Assembly: GCA_019244185.1 (NCBI GenBank)
Contig: JAFATB010000026.1
Coordinates: 32,001-96,000, forward strand
Length of the DNA stretch: 64,000 nt
Direction: 5' to 3'
DNA from: Acidobacteriota bacterium
Lineage (GTDB): Bacteria > Acidobacteriota > Thermoanaerobaculia > Gp7-AA8
Position 1 is the stretch's first letter; every line of letters begins with the position of its first letter. The notes below the pieces were generated by a model, which worked only from the letters and a program-made list of their open reading frames with translations, had not been told where the DNA came from and searched no databases. This document shows positions 9,783 through 17,472 of the stretch, in pieces. A program made the position numbers and the translations under genes.

Positions 9783-11472
9783 GGAGTCCTGCGGCCGGAA
9801 TCCAGCCGGGGTTGCGATCGAGGCCGGCCATGCGGATCTCGATCGGATGCGCGGCGAGAGCGAAGGCGACGTCGAGGTGCGCGGGCGTGAGCGTGATGCG
9901 GCCGTAGCGGCGGATGAGAAACGCGGCGGGATCGTCGACATCGAGGAAAAGGGCGAGCGTTTCGCGAACGCGCGCGAGGAGCTCGTCGTCGAGCGGCGGG
10001 AGTTCGTCGTGCGGCTCGCGGCCGGCGAGGCGCGCGAGGAGCGGCCAGACGTCGTCGTCTTCGATCGCGGGAACGAGCGCGCGCGCGGTGCACGCGAGAA
10101 AGTCCCAGAGGTTCAGCTCGGGCGCGTCGGCCGCGTACGGATCGTAGAGCTCGAGCGCGAGGGCGATGTTGAGGAGGAAGAAGACGCCGGCGTGAGGCGA
10201 GTCGATGGCGTGCGCGAGGAGGGTCGGGAGGGCGGGCGGGGCGAGGGGCTCGTCGTCGTCGGCGGCGGTGTCGATCGTTGCTTCGACGGCGTCGTTCGCG
10301 TCGGGCGGCAGGGCGGTGGTCGATGAAAGCAACGGATGCGGCGCCGGGTCATCGAGTCGAGCGACCTCGGTGACCGAGGCGACGTCGTGCGTGTCGAGCG
10401 TGCTTGCGTGTTCGTGCTCGCGCACGCTCGTCGTGGGGGCGAGGTCTTGTGGTGTTGCGAGCTCGCGTGCGTCGATCGAGGGTTCGGATCGTGAGTCGTC
10501 GAGCGCGCGCACGGGTGGCTGCGAAGCGAGCGGCGCGTCGCGCACGTCTTCGCGGTGCGATTCCTGCGCGCGCGGTGCATCGACGCGATGCGCCGCCGGC
10601 GCGTCATCGAATGCGCGCGGCGTTGCCGCATCATGCGACCCGACCTCGGGCGACGCGGCAGCCTGCACGCGCGATTCGTGCGCGCGCGGTGGTACGGCGA
10701 TCGCGTCGAGGATCGGTTCGAGCGCGCGCGCACTCGGAAGTGCGTGCGGCGAGCGCACGCGTTCGATGACAGCGACGAAGAGCTGCTGTTCCGTCGTTAG
10801 CGCCGCGGGTGGCGGAACGTTCGGCGACGCGAGCACGCGCGCGAGCGTCGCCATCCGCGGCGGCGACGGCTGCGCATGCGCTTCCGACACGATGCGCGCG
10901 AGCGCGTCGTGTCCGTGCGCATCGAGCACGCGCGTCGCGAGCGCAATCGCATCCTCCGCCGCGAGCTGCCGCACGAACGCTAGCGCCTCGCCGCGCTCCG
11001 CGAGCAGCGCGTATGCGGCGGCGACGTAGTCGGGCGCGCGCAGCCATTCGCGGATCACCGCCTCGAACGACATCCCGCGGACGAGATGCATCCACCACCA
11101 CGCGTCGAGCGCGCCGCGGCACGCGTCACGCGCCGCGCACGCGAGCAGCTCCGCGCGATCGGCGAACAGCACCGCGTCCGCCGCCGCCGGCACGAACCCG
11201 AGCGCGGGACGCACCGCGCGGCGCAAAGCGTCGCCGATCGCGATTCGCGCGGCGCGCTCCCACGAAGTCGCGCGCGACGCGTGCGACGAGCGCACGTCGA
11301 TCGCGCCCGGCATCGGATCCGCCAGCGCGCGAATGCAGAGGATCGCCTGCGGCGGCATGCCGTGCGGCTCGAGGTCGAGCGCGCGCAGCGCCGCCTCGCC
11401 GCGCATGCGCACGGCGAGGGCGTCCTCCGCATTCGCGCGGACGCGTACGCGTCCGATGGTGGTCGCCGGCAT
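9760..11472 (-). CDS. CIS tape-measure-like protein (Afp14-like C-terminus)
   Basis: C-terminal HAGVFFLLN...FLIRRYGRI...RMAGLDRNPGWIP resembles CIS tape-measure C-termini. Low-complexity middle. Position immediately before the ATPase. Confidence 0.55.
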   Translation of the reverse strand: MPATTIGRVRVRANAEDALAVRMRGEAALRALDLEPHGMPPQAILCIRALADPMPGAIDVRSSHASRATSWERAARIAIGDALRRAVRPALGFVPAAADAVLFADRAELLACAARDACRGALDAWWWMHLVRGMSFEAVIREWLRAPDYVAAAYALLAERGEALAFVRQLAAEDAIALATRVLDAHGHDALARIVSEAHAQPSPPRMATLARVLASPNVPPPAALTTEQQLFVAVIERVRSPHALPSARALEPILDAIAVPPRAHESRVQAAASPEVGSHDAATPRAFDDAPAAHRVDAPRAQESHREDVRDAPLASQPPVRALDDSRSEPSIDARELATPQDLAPTTSVREHEHASTLDTHDVASVTEVARLDDPAPHPLLSSTTALPPDANDAVEATIDTAADDDEPLAPPALPTLLAHAIDSPHAGVFFLLNIALALELYDPYAADAPELNLWDFLACTARALVPAIEDDDVWPLLARLAGREPHDELPPLDDELLARVRETLALFLDVDDPAAFLIRRYGRITLTPAHLDVAFALAAHPIEIRMAGLDRNPGWIPAAGLHVAFHFD

Positions 11473-11484
11473 CCGAGTTCCCGT

Positions 11485-13623
11485 TCAGAACGACCAGCGC
11501 AGTCCGAGCTGCAGCGTCGACCAGTCGACCGGATCGGTCGAGTGATGGTTGTACGCCGCCTCGACGCCCCACTTCGGGTTCACGTTCCAGAGCAGACCGG
11601 CGCCGGCGTTGAAGCCGAACTCCGTGTCGTCCGGCGGATCGATGCGATACACGCCGACGCCCGCGTTGACGAACGGCTGCAGCGCCGACGTGCCGAAGAA
11701 GTACTTCGCGTTCGCGGAGAGCTGCCACGCGTTGACGTCGTCGATCACCGCGTCGAACGCGTGGTAGCCGAGGATGCCTTCGATCGACCAATTGTTCGTC
11801 AGCCGGCGTTCGAGCCCGGCGTTGATGCTGAAGCGGCCGTCGAGCGCGCCGTTGGGCGAGTTGCCGCCGGCATCGACGAAGAAGCGCCACGCGCCGGACG
11901 GCCCGGATTGGCCGTGCTCGCGCGCCTCGATCGTGGTGATGACATGCACCACGCCGTCATTCGGTACATGCGAGATCTTGTAGAAGTTCGGCGCCACCTG
12001 GGTGAGCGTCACGTCTTCGCCGACGGTCTCGTGCGCCCAGCCGAGGAGGTCGCCATTGTGGATCACGCGATAGCCGAAGCCGCCCTGCGGGATGAGGATC
12101 GGGTGGCCGTTGATCGCTTTGCCGGAGTCGTAGAAGACGTGCACGCGATACGTCGGAATGACCGAATCCATCTGCGCTTCGGTGAGACGTCCCGCGGCCG
12201 CGGCGGCCTCGTACTGCGCCGGCGTCATGTCATGGCCGTTCGGATCGTTGAGGAGTCCGGGCGGCGGAGGAGGCGGCGGCGTCTTCACGACGGCCGGCAT
12301 GTTCGCGGTCTCGACGAGCAGGTAGACGTCGCGTCCGACGGCGGCGATCGGCGTCAGTCCTTTGATGCTGATCTCCGCGCGATGCACGAACTTCGACGCG
12401 GAGACGAAGCTCATGTTGCGGCGGATGCTGTTGTTCGTGAACGTGAGTCCGGTGGTGCTGGTCAGCTCGACGAGCAGGCAGTTGTCGCGGCTGCGCGTGC
12501 CGTTCTCGAACGGCACGATGTCGGCGTTCGACAGCGTCCAGTCGAAGTGGTTGTCGTTCGACGCGTTCGCGGTCGTGGCGTTCGGGATCGCGTTGGCGTT
12601 GCCGACGTCGTCGCCGCCGGGGATGGTCGCCCACAGCGCATTCGGATCGGCGCTGCTTTCATCGCCCGGCATCGAGCCCCAGTTCGCGAGGCGGAAGCGC
12701 GCGCGCAGCGTGCCGGCGTTGATCGGCGCGCCGCTGTTGTTCGTGGCGCGCGCGAAGAAGGTGTTCACCGGCTTGGGGAGCGTGGTGCTGTAGTTGACCT
12801 GATACGACGGCGAGTTGGTCGTGCCGATCTGATAGACGTCGAGCGAGACGCCGGAGTTCGCGCAGTTCGGATCGGACGGGCCGGTGCTGAGCCGGAACGC
12901 GTCCCACGCGCCGGGTGACGTGGGGACGGGGAACGTCGCGATCTGCCCGAGCATCGACGGCGGGCCGAGGAACGAGGTGCGCGGCCAGGCGAAGGGGAAC
13001 TGCGGCGATGACGGCGTGCCGATCAGCACCTCGTACCACATGTTGAAGTTGGAGGCCGACACGTTGACGGCACTGATCGGCACGAGCATCTGCACGGCGA
13101 ACGAGTTCGCGGTGGGGTTGTTGATCCAGACGCGCGTGTTCGACAGCCACGGCAGGTTCAGCGCGGCGCCGAGCGAGCCGTCGTTGTTCAGCACGTTCGC
13201 CGTCGTCGACCCCGCCACATCCTCGGACGGCACCAGCGTCGGCAGCGACACGCTGATGACCATCGGTCCCGCGCCGCCGGCGCGCTCGAAGCCGACGTAG
13301 AGCGTGTTCTGGTTCGCGTTCATCGCCGGCGCGAGGAACACGCGCCACGACAGGAAGAGGTTCTGGTTGGCATTGTCGTGCAGCGCGCGGAAGTCGGCCT
13401 GCGTGGCCGTGCCGTCGCCGTACGTGAGCACGCCGGCGCCGACCCAGCGCGGATCGTCGAGATGATGCGCGTAGATCGCCTGCGGCGGAATCGGATCCCA
13501 CCAGTTCGGCGGCGTGGCGTTGCCGAAGACGCCGGTCGCGGGCGGAATGCAGACCGCGGCGACGAGCGCGGGCGCGACGGCCGCGGTGAGGACGAGGGCG
13601 AGTGCGAGTTGCTTGAGGCGCAT
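11485..13623 (-). CDS. Secreted Ig-like-domain protein with C-terminal small outer-membrane beta-barrel
   Basis: Signal peptide MRLKQLALALVLTAAVAPALVA. C-terminal ~140 aa has alternating aromatic beta-strands (QPFVNAGVGVY, FGFNAGAG) and ends LQLGLRWSF, a BAM-type terminal Phe. Confidence 0.8.
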   Translation of the reverse strand: MRLKQLALALVLTAAVAPALVAAVCIPPATGVFGNATPPNWWDPIPPQAIYAHHLDDPRWVGAGVLTYGDGTATQADFRALHDNANQNLFLSWRVFLAPAMNANQNTLYVGFERAGGAGPMVISVSLPTLVPSEDVAGSTTANVLNNDGSLGAALNLPWLSNTRVWINNPTANSFAVQMLVPISAVNVSASNFNMWYEVLIGTPSSPQFPFAWPRTSFLGPPSMLGQIATFPVPTSPGAWDAFRLSTGPSDPNCANSGVSLDVYQIGTTNSPSYQVNYSTTLPKPVNTFFARATNNSGAPINAGTLRARFRLANWGSMPGDESSADPNALWATIPGGDDVGNANAIPNATTANASNDNHFDWTLSNADIVPFENGTRSRDNCLLVELTSTTGLTFTNNSIRRNMSFVSASKFVHRAEISIKGLTPIAAVGRDVYLLVETANMPAVVKTPPPPPPPGLLNDPNGHDMTPAQYEAAAAAGRLTEAQMDSVIPTYRVHVFYDSGKAINGHPILIPQGGFGYRVIHNGDLLGWAHETVGEDVTLTQVAPNFYKISHVPNDGVVHVITTIEAREHGQSGPSGAWRFFVDAGGNSPNGALDGRFSINAGLERRLTNNWSIEGILGYHAFDAVIDDVNAWQLSANAKYFFGTSALQPFVNAGVGVYRIDPPDDTEFGFNAGAGLLWNVNPKWGVEAAYNHHSTDPVDWSTLQLGLRWSF

Positions 13624-13636
13624 GTGACGTTCTCCT

Positions 13637-14827
13637 TCAGCCGAGCTGCAGTTGCAGCGTGCGCGTGCGGTTCTGCGTTTGGCCCTGGCGGGTGACTTTG
13701 ACTTCGAGCGTGCCGGCAGTGGCGCCGGCGTTGCGCTGGATGGCGATGACGATGTTCTTCGACGCTTTGCCGTTGCCGGCGTTGATCTCCGTCTGCAGCA
13801 CGGGCAGCGGATTCGGCGTGTTCACCGCGACGACGAGCCCCCAGTTCGCCGCGCCGTTCTTGAGCGACGGCGCGATGTCGTAGTTGCCCTGCACGGTGAA
13901 CGTCGATGGGAACGACAGGTTGACGATCGCGCCGTTGCCCGCGGTGAGCGTGGTGGCGTTCAGCGCCGCGCTGCCGCTGACGACGTCGGCGGTCGGCGCG
14001 TTGAGCGTGATCGTCGAGTCAGGCTGCTGCACCGCGGAGCCGACGGCGAACGGCATGTTGCCCGACGACCCGGTGACGGCGCCCGAGGCGACGTTCAGCG
14101 CGACGGTGAACGCCGTGCCGTTCGGCACGTTCGGGATCGGGTTGATCACGACGAAGACGGTCTTCGACTGTCCCGGCGTCAGCGTGACCTGACCGCCCGG
14201 AATCTCGACCTGATTCGAGTCGAGCAGCCGCAGCCCGGACGTCCAGAGCGCCTGGCTGACGGATGAGATGACGCTCGGCGTGAGCGCGAACGTCGCCTCG
14301 AGGTTCGCCTGCGAGACGACCTGGAACTGGAACGACGCCTGCGCGTTGGCGGTCGGCGTCGCGGGCTGCACGTTGATGAAGTTCACGTCGGCGGCGCCGG
14401 CGAGCGTCATCGCCGAGCGCAGGATCAGCGTCCGCTGCGTGCTCGACGTGGCGTTGCTGACCGTGAGCACCGCGGGGCGGCCGTTCACCGGCGCGTCGAC
14501 GATCGTCAGCGGAACCTTGAAGCTCAGCAGCTGATCGGAGCTGCCGGCTTCGAACGCGTTCACGCGCACGTCGTCGATGTAGACGCGGTGCGAGCCGACG
14601 GAGAAGCCGAAGTTCGCGCCGTGCACGCGCACCAGCTCGCCGACCTTCACGTTGCCGGACGGCGGCTCGATGGCGCTGATCACGACGTCGCTGCCCGACT
14701 GCGCGCCGGTCTGCTCGACCGCGGCGAGGCGTTGATCGATCGAGTTGAGCAGATCGATCAGATCGTTGATCTGCCCGGCCGTGATCAGATCGCCGGGCTG
14801 TACGTGCGGAAGTCCTGTCGTCGTCAT
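13637..14827 (-). CDS. IPT/TIG and Ig-like repeat protein, candidate eCIS fibre/decoration
   Basis: N-terminal VQPGDLITAGQIN plus short coiled coil, then ISAIEP...VGELVRVHGANFG (IPT-like). Beta-rich remainder. Confidence 0.7.
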   Translation of the reverse strand: MTTTGLPHVQPGDLITAGQINDLIDLLNSIDQRLAAVEQTGAQSGSDVVISAIEPPSGNVKVGELVRVHGANFGFSVGSHRVYIDDVRVNAFEAGSSDQLLSFKVPLTIVDAPVNGRPAVLTVSNATSSTQRTLILRSAMTLAGAADVNFINVQPATPTANAQASFQFQVVSQANLEATFALTPSVISSVSQALWTSGLRLLDSNQVEIPGGQVTLTPGQSKTVFVVINPIPNVPNGTAFTVALNVASGAVTGSSGNMPFAVGSAVQQPDSTITLNAPTADVVSGSAALNATTLTAGNGAIVNLSFPSTFTVQGNYDIAPSLKNGAANWGLVVAVNTPNPLPVLQTEINAGNGKASKNIVIAIQRNAGATAGTLEVKVTRQGQTQNRTRTLQLQLG

Positions 14828-14841
14828 GCGCTCTCCTTCGT

Positions 14842-16089
14842 CTATGCGTAGCTCGCGTAGCCCCAGTGGGCGAGGTCGAAATGCGCGCCGGCGCGCGTGG
14901 GGACGTGACCGTTCGTGAACACGACCGCGGGCGCGACCGGGAAGCTGCCGTCGATGGCCTGGCGGTTCTCGCGGATGTTGTAGAGGCGGATCAGTTCCTT
15001 GTCCGCGAGGCGAATCGGCGGATACCGCACGGCCTCGGCGAACAGCTGCTCGACGCGCGCGCCTTCGGTGAAGCGCGGCCCGAGCGTCGTCAGTCCGCCG
15101 AAGAACTGCGACGGTTCAAAGCCCGCATGTCCGGTGATGTTCGCGGGGAGGATCCCGGCCGGCGGCAGGTACATGAAGATGTCCGTTGCGGTGAGGCTCG
15201 CCGGATTTCCGGAGACCGCGAGCTGCGCGGCGATGTGCTCCTGGAACTGCTGGATCATCGCTTCCGCCACCGCGACGCGAACGTCGTCGAGCACGCCGTC
15301 GAGCACGGACTGCGACGCGGCACGCATGTGCGTCACGCGGCGCCGGACCGACCAGAGATCGAGCCAGCGGATGCCGCCGGTCGCCGTCCAGTACAGCAGC
15401 GCGAGCGGCACGTCGCATTCGGTGAGCGCGGTGACGTCGTCGAGCAGCGTCCGCGGTTCCGCATCGGCGGCGAACGGATCCTTCGTGACGTCGAGCAGAT
15501 GCGCGGCGCCGAAGCATTGATATGCAACGATGTTGCGGAGATGGTTGACGTCGCCGAGCGTGGCGGCGGGCACGGGCAGCTCCAGCAGGCGGAACTCGAC
15601 GGCGTCGATGACGTCCTTCACGTTGCAGCCGCGCGGCGTGTCGCCGAGGCCGCTCACCTGCGCGAGGCCGTTGCCGGTGCGGATCGGCGAGATGGTGAGG
15701 AGGTAAACGCCGGCGTTCGCGATGTACGTGCCGCTCGAGATCGGCGTGCACGTGCGGAAGATCTTTGCGACGTCGGGCACCGGATCATCGGGACGCACGA
15801 GCTGCACGTCGACGTCGTTCGCGAGCAGCAGCAACTCTCCGCGGCGATCGATGGCGAGACCCGACTCGATCGTCACGACCGGGCGCGTGAGCGTGTTCGA
15901 CGCGGTGGCGATGGAGACTTCCAGTCCGTAGACGACGCCGTCGCCGATCGCTTGTCCGAGCAGCTCGCGCGCGGTGCGTTGCGCGCGCTGCTCGTCGGTC
16001 ATCGCCTCGCCGGTCAGCAGGCGTCCGTTGAAGAAGTTCGGCGCGCGGGTGCGCTCGTTGACGATCGGCTTGAAAAGGTCGCTGGCCAT
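14842..16089 (-). CDS. eCIS baseplate/fibre-associated hypothetical protein
   Basis: RAPNFFNGRLLT...DEQ...GDGVVYGLEV...GLAIDRRG, an N-terminal motif typical of eCIS fibre-attachment proteins. Confidence 0.7.
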   Translation of the reverse strand: MASDLFKPIVNERTRAPNFFNGRLLTGEAMTDEQRAQRTARELLGQAIGDGVVYGLEVSIATASNTLTRPVVTIESGLAIDRRGELLLLANDVDVQLVRPDDPVPDVAKIFRTCTPISSGTYIANAGVYLLTISPIRTGNGLAQVSGLGDTPRGCNVKDVIDAVEFRLLELPVPAATLGDVNHLRNIVAYQCFGAAHLLDVTKDPFAADAEPRTLLDDVTALTECDVPLALLYWTATGGIRWLDLWSVRRRVTHMRAASQSVLDGVLDDVRVAVAEAMIQQFQEHIAAQLAVSGNPASLTATDIFMYLPPAGILPANITGHAGFEPSQFFGGLTTLGPRFTEGARVEQLFAEAVRYPPIRLADKELIRLYNIRENRQAIDGSFPVAPAVVFTNGHVPTRAGAHFDLAHWGYASYA

Positions 16090-16098
16090 GACGCGCTC

Positions 16099-17472
16099 CT
16101 ATCCCAGCCGGTTGATCTCGACGTTGAACATCGTGGCGCGCAGGTTCGGCTCGGTGACGTTGGCCGCGCCGTTGGTCACGCGCAGGAGGATGCCGTCCGC
16201 GACGAAGCTGTCCAGCTGGACGGTCGGATTCGGGATCGGTCCGATTTGCGGCAACGCGCGCACGAGGTACGTGTGCGCGCCGCCCGGTTGTGCGTAGCCG
16301 TCGAACGCGAGACGGATCGTGTTCGCCGCCTGGAAGAAGACGGCCAGGCTGCCGAACACCGGCGCCTGATTCGCGTTGACGCTGACGTTGCCGGCCGCGA
16401 CGAGCGCCGCGTGCGGCGTCGTCGAGGAGGACGCGCCGCCGCCGGCGAGCAGCTCCTGCAGCATGCGCAGGTGCAGCAGGATCGGGCGCCGCGACTCGTC
16501 GATGGTGACGGTACCGAGGTCGTCGACGAGCCAGTTGCCGGCGCTCTCGATGACCGGCACTTCGAGGCGTGCGAGCAGCAGGCACTCGTCCGCTTTCGGT
16601 GCGTCGCCGTCCTTGCCGCCGCAGCATCCGCCGCCGCAGCCGCAGAGCGAGTGCACTTTCGGGCGGATGTCTTCGATCCAGACGAGGAACGCCGCGCGGT
16701 AGTAGTCGGCGCTCAAAGCCGGATCGAGCTCCATCCCGAAGAGCGCACTGAAGTCGAGATGCACCTCCGCCGAGGCGGAGAGCGGGGAAGAAATCGGGGA
16801 GGAAAGCGGCGATGACGGCGGTGAGGAAACGCTCGTCGTGACGATGTTGGCGAGCGCCTTTTGAAAATCGTCGACGGAGAGATACGGTCCGCCGCCGCCG
16901 AACGTGAGCTGCGCCAGTCCCGCGGCAAATTCGCGCAGGAGATCTTCTTCCGCCTGATTCGGCGCGGCCGTGCGCAGCTCGAGCGAGAAGTCGTCGACGA
17001 GTCTCGACGGCGCCATGAGCTCGTCCTCGGAACGGCACGGCGAGCCGGGGATCGGCACGAGGTCGACCGGACAGTCGCGATAGCAGAGCGTGAGATACAG
17101 CTCGATCGTGCCGGCGATCGGCGAGCCGACGAGCGCGGGAATCTCTTTGTCGTGCGCGGCGAGCCAGTCGTTGAGATACGCGCACTGCGCCGGCTTCACG
17201 CAAACGAGCTGGCCGCGCGGCGTGAGCGCGCTGCCGCTGGTCACGGTGAGCCGCGGACCTTTGGCGCCGCTGTCGACCGTGACTTTGAGTCCGTTCAGCG
17301 TGCCGTAGCCGATCGCGTCGCGCGCGAGCCAGCGGTCGCGCCCCGCGAGGTACGCGAACTCCTGATTGAAGTCGTCGACGCCCAGCACCATGCCGAGCGC
17401 GTAGTTGACGTGGCGCGAGGGATCGGGTGCTTTGGCCTCGGCGGCCGAGGCGGGTACAGCGAAGGTGGTCAT
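16099..17472 (-). CDS. eCIS baseplate/fibre-associated hypothetical protein (paralogous N-terminus) with SSPx tandem repeat
   Basis: HVNYALGMVLGVDDFNQE...GYGTLNGLKV...GSALTPRG. Contains SSPPSSPLSSPISSPL. ATGA-coupled to the upstream gene. Confidence 0.7.
   Translation of the reverse strand: MTTFAVPASAAEAKAPDPSRHVNYALGMVLGVDDFNQEFAYLAGRDRWLARDAIGYGTLNGLKVTVDSGAKGPRLTVTSGSALTPRGQLVCVKPAQCAYLNDWLAAHDKEIPALVGSPIAGTIELYLTLCYRDCPVDLVPIPGSPCRSEDELMAPSRLVDDFSLELRTAAPNQAEEDLLREFAAGLAQLTFGGGGPYLSVDDFQKALANIVTTSVSSPPSSPLSSPISSPLSASAEVHLDFSALFGMELDPALSADYYRAAFLVWIEDIRPKVHSLCGCGGGCCGGKDGDAPKADECLLLARLEVPVIESAGNWLVDDLGTVTIDESRRPILLHLRMLQELLAGGGASSSTTPHAALVAAGNVSVNANQAPVFGSLAVFFQAANTIRLAFDGYAQPGGAHTYLVRALPQIGPIPNPTVQLDSFVADGILLRVTNGAANVTEPNLRATMFNVEINRLG
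16780..16827 (-). repeat. 4x 12-bp coding repeat encoding SSPP-SSPL-SSPI-SSPL
   Basis: Codons TCC TCA CCG CCG / TCA TCG CCG CTT / TCC TCC CCG ATT / TCT TCC CCG CTC: synonymous variation with a conserved peptide. Confidence 0.85.
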
